Below are positions 12,313 to 25,500 of a DNA stretch of 64,000 nt, in pieces; position 1 is the first letter of the stretch; the number at the start of each line of letters is the position of its first letter. The notes beneath the pieces are model-generated. The model did not search any database, was not told the DNA's origin, and saw only the letters and a list, made by a program, of their open reading frames with translations. A program made the position numbers and the translations under genes. The DNA is from Octopus bimaculoides. Taxonomy: Eukaryota. The stretch covers positions 69,281,170 to 69,345,169 of the forward strand of contig NC_068989.1 in NCBI RefSeq assembly GCF_001194135.2. Direction: 5' to 3'.

Positions 12313-13584
12313 TATTGGGTTGAGGAATAATTCATGAGCGTTTTTAAAAATGCACGCAGAAATAAAACACATTGGCAAAATGTTCTGTGTTATTTAAAAG
12401 AGAATATTTTGCTCTACAAGATAGTGTGTTTTGATTTTTTAATTTCATTGATTTTTGTGTATTTTCAGATCATTAAAATGGAATGTCAAGTGGACAAAAC
12501 TAGGCATTTTCGACACCATTTGCTTTTTGCATTTAATCAAGGTGTAAAGATAACTGAAGCTGTTCGTGAGATTTGAGCTGTGTATGGAGAAGGAGCAATG
12601 CCTCAAAGTACTGATTGCCATTGGTTTTCAGGCTTCACAAATAGGAATTTTGACCTCAAGGATGGATCACACACTGGTCAACCAATTGAGTTCGATGAAG
12701 AGCAATTGAATCAACTTCATGAAAATCCACGTCAAACGACCAGAGAATTGGCAGAGCAGATGGACTGTGATAAAAAAAATTGTGGTGAACCACCTTCACT
12801 CAATGGGTGAGGTTCAGAAACTTGGCACTTGAGTGCCACACACTTCGAGTGAAAACAAACAAAATTCAATGCTCCATAATCGCTGCCAGTTTGCTTGCTT
12901 GACATTGCTCAACACATAGTTACAAACAGCGTTTTCATTACTGCATTGTTACTGGTGATGAAAAATGGTACCTTTACATCAACATGAAGCAGCGAAAAGA
13001 ATGGCTCAGTCCTGACGAACAAGAAACTCTGCAAGCAAAACAAGACCGTCATCCTCGAAAGACCATGTGTGTGTATGGTGGGACTGGGAAGGCATAATTC
13101 ATTACGAACTGCTTGAGCACAACCAAACACTCAATGCAGAATTCTATGTTCAACAACTGCACTGACTCAACGAAGCAATTCAAGAAAAAAGACCGAACAG
13201 ACAAAATGGCACTCTTCTGCAACACAACAATGTCCATCCTCACATCACCAATATGACCAAAGCCTTGACTCAAGAACTCGAATGGGAAGTGCTGCCTCAT
13301 CCTCCATACTCTCCAGACTTGGCACCATCAGATTTTCATCTCTTTTGACTGCTTTCAGACACTGTGTGGTGTGTCGTTCAATAATGATGTGGAATTGAAG
13401 GCTTGGTTGGACAAATTCTTTGAGTCAAGACCAGGAGATTCCTATTGCTGAGGCATCGAAAAACTTATTGAATGATGGGAGGAAGTCATAAACAACAATG
13501 GAGAGTATATTATTAATTTGTTGTAGCTTTTTTGTTTAAAATAAGTTTGAATAAAATGCTCATGAATTATTCCTCAATTCTCTA
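12313..13584 (+). mobile_element. Near full-length decayed mariner (DD34D) transposon
   Basis: About 30-bp TIRs (tattgggttgaggaataattcatgagcgtttt / aaaatgctcatgaattattcctcaattctcta) in TA context. The transposase from 12478 has RHHLLFAF, (W)VPH, GDEKW and YSPDLAPSDFHLF motifs, stops, frameshifts, and the second catalytic D changed to N. Confidence 0.93.
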
Positions 13585-13946
13585 TATATTTATTTATTGT
13601 GAACATTAATACATTTACCTCTTCCTACTGTGATGACATTTTTCTGCACTGCTTAAAAACAAAAGCACATTTATTTATAAAAGCATTGTCATTGTTTGTT
13701 TGCAATCTGCCACAAAAACCTATTCAGCCATTGAGATGTTCTTTGTTCATTGTACTAGAAGAAATAGGAGCTGGAGAACAAGCAAAAGTTAGCCAATAGA
13801 TAATCCAACCAGTTGTAAAAAAAAGATACCTCAATAAACTTCATCTGATCCATACCAATGTGAAAAAGTGGATGTTAAAACAACAATAATACACAGACAC
13901 ACACAAATACATGCAGACAGAGCTACGAAGCGAAAAGTGATATTAC

Positions 13947-14067
13947 CTGGTGATTTTGCATCGGTATGTAGTGTAAAAAATGTTGACAATCTGTTATTGT
14001 CTGTCCCTAGTTCGTCTTTGTACACTAGATTTCGCAGGGAGACACTTTTCAAATGACGGATCCTTTT
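13947..14067 (-). CDS. UVRAG: UVRAG coding exon 2 (KRIRHLKSVSLRNLVYKDELGTDNNRLSTFFTLHTDAKSP)
   Basis: ttcttatttgcag acceptor and G|gtaata donor; 121 nt, phase 0 to 1. Resembles the UVRAG motif RRLRHLRNIAARNI...DTYFTLH. Confidence 0.93.
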
Positions 14068-14381
14068 CTGCAAATAAGAAGTATATATTTAGTTGCATTG
14101 TTTATTTACTAATTTAAAAAAATTCCCAAATTAATGATATCACAGTTATTTATTAAAATGGTTATTCAGGTATTTAGAAAAAGGCTTGTAAGAATCTTTT
14201 ATGATGAAATATCTCTAATATTTTTTCACAATGATAAAATACCAACCCATTTTAGTTAAAACTAATTTCTTAAAACAATATTTCATTTATACAAACAATA
14301 TTTGGTAAGAACTTACACTGGCTCAAGCTAACAAGAAAGTTTTGAGGTAGTCACTTGACCTACAAGAAATAGTAGACAAAT

Positions 14382-14498
14382 TGGCACTACTTAAATACAG
14401 AGGTCCCGATGCATCTACATGCACACTTGTTAGGGTTAGTTTTAGTGTTGGTTAGAGTTACATAGATGCATCAGGACCTCTGTATTTAAGTAGTACCA
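14382..14498. mobile_element. 117-bp hairpin element with ACAAAT target-site duplication
   Basis: About 38-bp TIRs (tggcactacttaaatacagaggtcccgatgcatcta / tagatgcatcaggacctctgtatttaagtagtacca), with ACAAAT at 14376-14381 and 14499-14504. Confidence 0.75.
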
Positions 14499-14883
14499 AC
14501 AAATCTCCCTCAGATCACACTACAGTTTTCTTTTTTGTAAGGACACATCAAATAATGTAGTCCTTGATACACTGAGCTTGAATAAAAAAGATTGAATAGT
14601 CAAAGCTACAGTGCCCTTGATGATAGATCTATTTGATCAGGGCTAACCTGGAGTTACCAACAACAACAACATCTACATAAACTGGCTAATAATTATTGAC
14701 CCACTTCAGTGATAGGAAATGAAGATCAAGTTTCTCAACAGTTTTGGCGTTTTGTTAACTTCTACTCCAAGTTTAAAATGCTGTGGTTTAAGTTAATATA
14801 ATATTAAGTATATCAAATCTAAAGAGAAGACATAGAATGCTCGTATTGGGCTCATCCCCATATTTCTGTTGAAATACACTGCC

Positions 14884-15140
14884 TTTGTTTCAATTTTGAA
14901 ATTAAAGAAGAGTTTAGTAAAATAACTGTCATTATTAATCTGGAGTAATTTTGTTTCAATTTTGAAAATAATGAAGAATTTAGAAAAATAATTCATTATT
15001 GATCTGGAGTAATTAGGTGTCAATTTTGAAAATGATGAATAATTTAGTCAAATAGCAATCATTCTTAATCTGATGTAACTGTTTCAATTGAGTTTTGAAA
15101 ATAATGAAGAATTTAGTTAAATAACTGTCATTACTGATAT
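14884..15140. repeat. Minisatellite, four degenerate units of about 64-66 bp
   Basis: Repeated tgtttcaattttgaaaataatgaagaatttag..aaataactgtcatta..aatctggagtaat. Confidence 0.8.
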
Positions 15141-17949
15141 TGCATTTTAAGGTAACAAGTTGGCAGAATCGTTAGCATGCCGGGCAAAATGCTTAGCAAC
15201 ATTTCATCCATCTGTACATTCTGAGTTCAAATTCCACCAAGGGCAACTTTGCCTTTCGGGGTCAATAAAATAAGTACCAGTTGAATGTTGGGATCGATGT
15301 AATCGACTCATTCCCTCCCAAAAAATTGCTGCCCTTGTGGAAAAATTTGAAATCATTATCAATATTGCATTTGGGACAAAAAGTAATGTAAGATTTTAAT
15401 GGAAGATATTATATTAGATCATTCTAAAACATGAAAGTTTGTATCACAATCAGGAGTAGCCTCAGGCAGGTTAATATTGGAAAGATTGAAGAAAATACTA
15501 CAGTTTAAATAACCAAGTTTTGAATAATGCAGAGTGTTTTTTTAACATACACTCACAACCATAAATTTGAGGGCTTGAGTCTAATTTATTCAAGCACAAT
15601 ACTTGACAAATTCTTATTTCATTGAACACTGAAAGATGAAAAGCAGAGTTGAGCTCGGTGAAGTTTAAACTCAGAACATGAAATGATATAAACTAAACAC
15701 TGATGCTGCAAAACCACTGCCATTTTAGAACAATATAATAATAATCATGGTTTCCATATTCATTTCCTCATTTTGGTCTAAGGTAGGTAAATCCACAAAA
15801 ATGATTTCAATCATATTTTGATCTTGATAGTTTTAAATGTTGGCCACTAATACTTACAACCTAATCATTTCATCTAGAGTTTTCATTGACTTTTCTAAAT
15901 ATCATTATTATCCAATAATGGACAATGGATTGGCAGAATTGTCAGAGTGCCAGACAAAATGCTTTGCAGTATTTCTTTCAGCTCTTCACATTCCAAAGTT
16001 AAATATCTCAAAGCAAACTTTGCCTTTCATCCCTCTGGCATTGATGAAATAAAATACTAGTCAAATACTGGGTTTCATAGTATCAACTAACCCATTTCCT
16101 CAATTTTTCAGGCCTTGTACCTATACTAGAAACAATTATTATCCAACAGAATTCCTTCATGCATTACATACCCTTATTATTTGAGTTTTGTCTTGGAAAC
16201 AATATCGGTAGTCTTAAGTGCTTTTTCATTGAACTTACTTTAATTTTCCAGACTAAATGCATTTATCTAGTTTCATTCTTTTATGTTATGAGTTCAAGTC
16301 CCACAGGGACCAATCTCACTTTTTATCAACACTGCCCACTAGGATAGATAAAATAAGCGATTCATTTAATAGATTATACCTATCCCAAACAAAAATTAGC
16401 ATGTAATTAGTTCAAACTGCTTCTATTCCTGTAACAACATAATGAACATGATTTCCATATCCACTTCCTCATTTTGGCCCAATTCTTCTGTCCTCAAAAC
16501 TTTCAACTTCAGTTCAGAAATTTCTTTCTGTCTACATGAACTAATTTATAGTCAATAATTCCAGTGAAATATTAATAAGAACTAATTTTACTTGGCTACA
16601 CTGTATATTTTCTATGTTAAAATTACATCAAAGACATTGAGCAATGCCTCCTGCAGAGAAATCAATTATAATGCAAATAGACACTTTATTATGTACAGAA
16701 ATATGTAAATATAATGGAAATATTTAATATCTATAATTTTATGCTTTGCTTTTAATTGACTACAAAGAAAAATAAAGATCCATAATTTTAACTCTTTTAT
16801 TTTTACTTTTCCAATAGTCACCAAGTATTAAATAGCTGCTTGCTGCTTCAGTGATATATTTGTATAAGTCAGCAATAAACCAGCTGAGTTATAAGAGTGT
16901 TGGATGGACTATCTTGCCATATTTCTTCTACCTCATTGCATTCTGAGTTCAAACCCTCATTGATGTCAAGTTTGCCTTTCATCCTTTCAGGGTCTACAAA
17001 AAAATAAAAAGCTACCAATCTTGGATGGTTGACTGGCAGGACTGTAAGAGAGTTGGGAAAATATGCCTTGTGGTATCTATTCCAAGTTTTTGTGATATCT
17101 CACAGCAACACCTGTGACAACACTGATGCCAAGATGTATCATGTTAGTAGCCTTTCCTTTGGACAAACATCAGAGGCATGGAGAGGAGAGTCTTGTATGT
17201 GTGGGCAACAGCCAGTCTTCCTCATAATAATCTTGACCAGGGTAGAAGCATGGCTGACTTTGACTTAGAGAGTCCCTATAATTTACGCTGTGTCTTGGCC
17301 TATGTATAATGATTTTGACTACAAAGTGATTAACAAAAATATCTGAAGACACTTTTCTCTTTGTAGTTGGTCAATTATACATGACATGAATGATAGTCTA
17401 AAGCTTGGTTAATACAGATAATGGTTTCTGAGAGTACTTCGTAAAGTGATTAGACAGTAGTTATGGAGAACGGTTTCCAAAAATCAAATCACAAATTTCA
17501 AAGAAATCACCAGCAAGATACCACTTTCTTTTCTCATACAATAAATGAATAAAAATCAGGAAAAAAAATAAAAAGTAGAATATTCATTTGCTTTTGATAA
17601 TAAGATGTTAGTAAACAAATTTATGGTTTTTTTGAAAATGAAAATGGTGTTTATTTCATTCTAAATGTTACTAAGGTAATGTTAGAAATAATGTTTATTT
17701 CTAATATTACTTTAATAACTAACATTTACAAAAACCATAAATATTTTTATGAACATAATTAGGTTACAGCATATTTTTTCAACTGCTTTAGTCATTGTTG
17801 TTAGGACATTTAGTTAAAGGAAAGGTACCCTACACCACAAAATTCTGATAAAAAGTTAAACTTATTCCACTACACATTTGTGATAGTTAAGTGGACCTTG
17901 ACCTAAAGCTGGTTTAAAGATAACAGCTAAAACAATTCTAAATTAATTA

Positions 17950-19400
17950 TATTACTTAGCATGTAAAAAAGACATTAAATTATTGGTGAAGATAGATAAG
18001 ATATCCATGTTAAATTATATAAAATTTCTGCCATAACACTTAAAGTGTATGAAAATATTTGCTGATTTGGACATTGTTAAATCCTCTGAATTTGGTTATA
18101 AAATTATGAAACCTTGCAAAACTTAACAGAAGTAGTATCATGTGGACCTTATCTTCCTGCGCATGTCATTAAAATACTTGAAAAACTTGACAGCAACACC
18201 AACAATCCACTTATTCCTTTTTCTAACTCAAAACATGGAAGAAGACTTCTTCACTTAACTACCATACAACTTACAAACTATAGCCAAATAATACATGACT
18301 GCTTTGATATCAAAACCCTACCATGAACCATCTTAAGTACAATTGACAGCAGCAGAGCTTCCTCTTTACTACCTGCTTATAAACAAAATAGGTAACATTT
18401 TTAAAGTAGTAATACAAAATGCTGTTGCAAACTACACATCACATCAAACTTAGTTAGAGTATAGAGAAAAGACATCTAAAATCTGTAACTCCACAAATAG
18501 TTTACCACGAGAATTCATCCTTTCAGTCTTTTTACTTATATCTAAATGACTTCCCTATATCTCTATAAAGATATGGTATCAAAGCCTCAAAAGCAAATTG
18601 TGTCACAATCACATCCTCCCACCTTCACCAGACACAATTGCATGTCAGCTACCTAGAAACTTGGCATCAGACAAATAGACTAAAAGTACCACTTCCCAAA
18701 TCCACTATCTCTGATGTCAGATAGAGACACCTTTACATTCAACAAGATAACATGCAACACATACTGAGAAGATTACAAAAGTACAAAGAATTTCATGCAA
18801 CATCTTTACAACATTCATGCAGAGTGCACATAGAAACTACATTTAATCAACACAATCTGGCCTTTGTGCCAGTGGCACGTAAAAGCACCCACTATACTCT
18901 CGGAGTGGTTGGCATTAGGAAGGGCATCTAGCTGTAGAAACTCTGCCAAATCAGATTGGAGCCTGGTGTAGCCATCTGGTTTCACCAGTCCTCAGTCAAA
19001 TCGTCCAACCCATGCTAGCATGGAAAGCGGACGTTAAACGATGATGATGATGATGATGATGAATCTGATATATTCAAACAATACATCAGATCCATCATGA
19101 GTTATGTCAGCTTTACCTGGAACCCCAGTCTTGCCACAACAAACCACAAAGAACATTAAATGGGACAATTCATGCACACAGACCATTCTTACTCTTTACA
19201 CAATGAAACACACTCCACCTGGGTATGTGAAGAGGATAATTTGTTGATGCAACAAGTCCCAACCTTTATAGTCCCTCTTACTACAATTATAATCATCTGG
19301 AAAGACCCAGATACATTTACAACACAGTATTAAAAATACTTTTTCCCTTGCACAATCCAGACCAAAATAAAACAAATATGTACAAAAATAGCAATGGTAT
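17950..19400 (+). mobile_element. Very old non-LTR retrotransposon remnant (I/Jockey-like), interrupted by the RTE tail
   Basis: Degenerate echoes of the PQGSILSPxLFxLYLNDLP motif (about 18505-18555) and IRSIMSYxSFTW (about 19085-19130). Boundaries are approximate. Confidence 0.45.
18860..19061 (+). mobile_element. 5'-truncated RTE-type retroelement 3' end with (GAT)n tail and AATCTG target-site duplication
   Basis: ggcacgtaaaagcacc...aacccatgctagcatggaaagcggacgttaaac(gat)n, with AATCTG at 18854-18859 and 19062-19067. Older copies at about 34410-34690 (-), 47800-47900 (-), 48360-48570, 51315-51495, 52330-52510 and 62365-62530. Confidence 0.8.
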
Positions 19401-22155
19401 CAATTATTCATTGCCCACTAGTTAGCACCAAATACAGCTAAGATGCACACAACTAATGTTAAGTGCAGAGATACAACAGCCAAGTTCGAACAGAGTTCAC
19501 CTTGTTTACACACACAAATAGACTGTGGCAGTGGAAAAACAGCAACCCAGTGTGCCACATTGCACAAAATCTTGGGCAAATATCTTCTACCCTAGCCACC
19601 AGAGTGAAGTTTGGCGTACAGAAACTGGCAGAAGACTGCCAGATATATGTATGCACACATACACACATGCAAGTGATGAATGGTAGAATATCTGCTTAAA
19701 TGTTCATTGATCAAAAATACACAAGTAGTATCTACATTTTGATTAAGTACCTTTATATTGAGGTTGACTTTGTCTTTCATCCTTAAGAGATTGATAAAAA
19801 TAATACTAGACAAAGTACTGGGGTCAGTGTAATTAACATAGCCATAGTTTAAAAGATTGAAATCAGTAAGAGAAAAAAAAAAGAAAAGAAAAGATCCAAT
19901 TAGTGATTCATAAGGTTATGACAACAAATTATTTTCCCATTAGCTGTAACTAACTCAAGATAAGAAAAGTACATAAAAAATTATAAAAAGGAAGTAAAAC
20001 ATACTATTAGTAACTCCAAAGTCTTCTAAGATTATATTACTATCTCACTTACAAATAGCTGTACTACAGCTTGTTTTATTTTTTTCAGGACTTAAAAACA
20101 AACAATATATATTCATATCAGAATTTGTTTTTTCACAATATCAGCATTTCTGTGCTTATGTGAGATAGATGGATGATGCAACAGTATACTTTTCACTGAA
20201 TCTTGATTTTGTAAACATCACTTCTGAACTGCCAAAGTGTTCTAAATTTGATCTATTTAATACTTTGTAAATCTTCTACCACACGTATGCCTCCCATTCA
20301 TTGGCATCTTAGCTTCCAGCATACACTATCCAATAGTATTATGTGTCCATACAAATGTACTTGTTCTTTCTGCATACATCTGCTAATGCTTTTGTATCCC
20401 ATTCACTTTCAGTTCTCTTGCACTATCTAATGCCATATGGCAACATATATGTTACTCACACCTCAAATAGTCTGCCTTGTACTTATTAAGTACTTGTATT
20501 AGTACAAGTACTAATTAAGTACATTCAGTAACTAACCAAATAAAGAAAACGGCATAGTCACCAGGGGGAATATTTATAGCTTTATATAGCATCAATAGTC
20601 ACAGATAGAGACATTACTGCATTATTATTGTATCCAGAAAGGTATTCTATAATAATTTAAAGTCTAAACAATTCTCTGGAAACAAATAAAAAATAAAAAA
20701 ACCAATATCTGTGGACCATGCAAACAATTCTACTTACTCCAATCTGTCTGACAAATTACATTTCTACTCTGGATTAGCAATGAGAAGGACATCTGGTGTT
20801 CAAAACAAGAGCATTACACAAATTTTCAAATATGTTACAGTAACCCCATCTGTTACATAACACCCACACTAGTTTATTAATCTGTTTAAAGTTAAACCTT
20901 CTTTCCATTACCACTTACAAATAATCTACCTTGAGTTCCCTTATTGTCTCTTGTGTGTTGTCAAACATACACATTACTGTTAAACTTAACATCAAAGTAT
21001 TAAAAGATAGAGAATCCTCTTAAACATCAACCAAAATTCCATCAATCTGGAAGAGGTAAAAGACCAAACACTACCTCTCTTCACCTGACAGATTATTGTT
21101 ATAAACAATGATTTCTAATTTAGGCACAAAACCAGAAGCTGTGAAGGAAGTTTAATTTTATAACACTGACCCCACCCTGTATTTGACTGGTACTTTATTC
21201 TATTGGCTCTGAAAAGATGAAAGCAAGGCTGACCTCAGTGGTATTTAAACTTAGAATGTAAAAAGAGCAGGAAGCAATGCTGTTAAACATTTTGTTCCAT
21301 GTGCTAATGATTCTACCATCTCTCTACCATAATAACAACAACAATAATAATAATGTGCATGAAGAGACCTTGTGAGACCCCTGACAACAGGCTGCTGTCT
21401 GCTCTCACAGAATCAACCTGAGGAAACAAAACCGAAGTACAACAACAACAACAATAATAATAATAATAATCAATCGGATTACAACCACCAAATAATCTCT
21501 AACCTTATAAACAGTAATAATTTCTTATACTTCAAAGAAAGTATCTGATTCACTCACAAATGCTTCATTCTCAATAGTTTCAGGTAGAGTAACTAGAAAG
21601 GTCAAACTTAATCTTAAGAAACTTTCTTCTAAACAGAATCATATTTAAATAGATATTGGCCCTAACCTATAATTGATCTTCGTGTGTAACATGAAAAAAA
21701 CCTACAAAAAAGAAATGGTTTATATAAAACTCTTAAGTAACTATTAAAATAATCTCATTTTTTCTTTCATCTTTCATATATATATCTTTTAGCTTGTTTC
21801 AACCATTGGACTGTGGTCATGCTGGGGCATCACCTTAAAGGATTTAGTCAAACAAATTGACCTCAGTACTAATGTTTTGTGAGTCTGTTACTTATCCTAT
21901 CAGTCTCCTTCACCAAACTGGTAAGTTATGAGGACATAAACAAACCAACACTAGTTGTCAAGCAGTGGTGTAGGGACAAACACAAAGACGCATATGCCAT
22001 ATATGTGATGGACTTCTTTCAGTTTCCATCTATCAAATCTGTTCACGAGGATTTTGTCAAACTGAAGCTAAAGTAGAAGATACTTGCATGAGGTACCATG
22101 CAATGGGACTGAACCAGAAACCATGTGGCTGAGAAGCAAACTTCTTACCACAAAG

Positions 22156-22193
<38 letters not shown>

Positions 22194-25100
22194 ATACGTG
22201 TGTGCACGTGTATAGTTTGTTTTTCCATGCTAATATGATTTAGAGGTTTAGACAGGTAAGTATTCCCTGCAGAATTTTTATGATTGGATGCTGTTCCTGT
22301 CACCAACTCTTAGCTGTTTTTCAAGTAAGCTTGCTTTTTAATCCAGAGGAACTCGAAAGCACAGAGCTAATAGATGATTTGGTGACAGGAAAAGTCAACA
22401 GACATCATTAGTTGCAGTCAAGTTAGATTGTAAATATTCCTACAGACACACACACATATATATATAGAAATGCATACACTTATACACAAGCACACGCATA
22501 CATAAAAGATTTTTTTTCAGGCATTGGTTGGTATGGAGTAAAGCAAAATACATCTGCATAAGGCACAGCATAGTGAGATTGAGCCCAAAGTCAAACAGAT
22601 TAAAATATAACCTATTGTACTTGTTTATAAAAAGTTATATTTTTCTTTTAATGCTCTAATTTCTACCAAATCATTAGTGTGAAAAGTATAATTTATGACT
22701 AACATAGAAACTTTTTACAATTCAACCAGTAAAAAAGTAATAAGATTTTCTTATAATTTCATTTATATTATATGATTTACTTAATAGTGTCGAATATTTG
22801 ACTAACTTATAAACAGAAATATTATGCTGATACCTACTTATTTTTATAAGTTAATCAGAAGTTTGAATGCAGTTACCAGGCAGCCCTGTATACCTGGAGA
22901 AATGACTTAGCTCTTAATAGTTGTAACTATAGACAGGCACCATAAGATGAAACCAGAGGAGGCAGAGAAAGTGAGAAAGTGACAGACATAAGTTTTTACT
23001 TAAAATCAACTAAAGCATTAAACAGCTGTAAGAATGAGATGACAGAATGAAAAAAAAAGGGGGTAAGAGATAGTGATGTACAAAGCTCAAACAAATTAAA
23101 ACAAAAACAAAACATAAAACAAAATGTCTGCCCTCAATCCCAACTATTATTGATGTGTGGCATTCTCTCCAGACTATACATAAACATTTCCCAGTCCTTC
23201 TTCCCAAGATACATATCCCCTGAAACTTTCTTCATACTACTGCTTCCTCACCAACTAACCTGCAAATTTAATTTGAACATCAATCCAACTGACCAGTTAT
23301 TCCAATCCATTTAATTTAGGAGAGATTTATAATGTTACAGCTTTTGGTCTTCATTGGGAAAATGAATAATATCTACCTCAAAGAGAAAAGTTTCAGGTAT
23401 CACTACTTCTGTTATATATCATTAACCTTTCTTTTAGTTGCTTCATTCACTGGACTGTGACTATGCTGGGGCACCACCTCAAAAGGTTTAGTTGAACAAA
23501 CTGACCCTACTACTTACATTTTAAGGCTGGTACTTATTCTATCAGTCTCTTTTGCTGAATCACTAAGTGGGGATGTAAACAAACCAACACTGATTGTCAA
23601 GTAGTCTGTATGTGTGTGTGTGTGGGGGGGACAGAAACACATATGATGGGTTTTCATACAGTTTCAATGTCAGCCCAGGACTATAGTTGTCCAAGGGGCC
23701 ATGCAATGGGACTGAATCTGAAACCAAGTGGTTGTAAAATGAGCTTCTTAACTACACAGACATACCTGCACTTTTATTAAAAAAATTAAATAAATAAATA
23801 AAAAAAACTGAGCGAATGTTGTCTTCGTGGTCATTTGACTCTCTAGAAATAGCAGTCAAATCTCTATAAAATTACAATCAATCATCTAAGAAATGAATGA
23901 CACTTAGGATAATGTAACCTTAGATACACAAGCTTGAAAATAATAATAAAATGGATGGTCATGGCTGGAATGCATTTGATGAGGAGTGTTCATCAGACAG
24001 AGCAGACCTGGATCCAAACAAACAAATATATATTTAAGCAGAAAAATTAAAATTCATTTGAGTATGTTTACATATTCCAGTAGCTATTTAAAAATACATT
24101 TAGATCACCAGTGCATTTCTAAATGTATTTTTAGTAATCTAAGTAGTCACTAGATATTTTGAAAAGATTTAAACATCTAAAGAAATGAAAATATTTCAAA
24201 AATGACAGACAAGTGATTAACATTCCTTTCAACTAGTTAAATATTTTGGAATAACAGTCTTAAGAAGCCAAGACATGTATATTGGCCTTCAGAAATGAAA
24301 ACATTCAAATAAGCTTGACAGGAGGATTACAAATGTATAATTTATTCCACCATTTTCTTTTTTTTTTTCCTTTTATTAATTATTCTTGTATAAATTTTAT
24401 CATATCTTGTCACAAATGAGATGCTGGAAATGAGCCAAAACCTAATTAAAAAATGAATAGCATGAAAGTGAATCCATTATCATTACAATAAAACATGTAT
24501 GGCTTTCCAACTGCTTTTGTTGGTAGCTGGTACTTCTCAGATTTCTCTGACTTTTGATACCAACTGATCTGAAAACCTTTAAATTCTCTGATACAGAGTT
24601 CCAGTTTTGGAGTGATCTGAAAACTTTTCAACAAACCTTCATATTAGCCCTTTAGCATTTGAACTAGATATAACTGGCCCAAATATTCTGCCAGTTTTAC
24701 GTTCAAAGCCATCAGAACTGGCCTCTCATGCTTACCTTACAATGTCTTTCTAAAAAGAAACAGTCACATCATCAAAATCTTAAATATAAATAAGTATCAC
24801 ATCAGATTACATCTGAATGTTAAAGAGTTAATTTATGTTCCAAAAACTGGCTTGATAATGGCATTTTACCAAACTCTTGATCATTTAAAAAATTAATTGA
24901 AACTAAGGTAGTGTATTTCAACAGAAATATGGTGATAAAAAGGTTAAATTACTTGTCATGTTTACCAGCAACTCTTTGAGCAGACGTCCTTAAACTTTTC
25001 CAGGCTACTACTACCATGATTCACCTGCCATAATTTCCTTGTACACCAAAGTCCTCAATTAAAAGCCTTATTTGGAATAATGATCTACAGGACAAGATGG

Positions 25101-25500
25101 AAAGGTAATTCCATTCTACTTGTCAAATTGTAGTACCACATGTAGTAGTACACATGTTCTATGTATAATTTCTTGCAGTACACATGCCCTAAGCATAACT
25201 TCTTGTACCACTTACTTCTACAACATTGTGTACCTTATAAGGAGGAGTTGCTGACCAAACAACCAAGTCATGTTCAGCATGAATAACAATGATGGATTTA
25301 AAAATGTGAGCAATAAAAACACTAGTCAATTTGATAGTATTTCCGTTGCTTATATCAGTGAACTATACTGCTATGTGGTGCCAATTTGGAAACAGCTATT
25401 AGAAGTGTCTTGGCTGTAGTAATAATGACAAGGTATAAGTTCCTCTTGGCTAGCTGTCCAGTAACTCATTAACTTGGTCATCCATATTTTCAAAATGTTT

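Noticed and set aside
13831-14073. 80-aa minus-strand ORF as a stand-alone gene
   Set aside because: It is UVRAG exon 2 plus read-through into the flanking introns.
14430-14460. Interstitial telomere
   Set aside because: Only one exact TTAGGG among degenerate units, enclosed by the TIRs of a small element.
14884-15140. CRISPR-like repeat array (also considered for 60330-60700)
   Set aside because: The units are contiguous and degenerate with no unique spacers, the context is eukaryotic, and there are no cas genes.
20480-20522. Short AT-rich palindromes (also 17620-17745)
   Set aside because: Imperfect, AT-rich and without TSDs. They are expected by chance or as MITE debris at this base composition.
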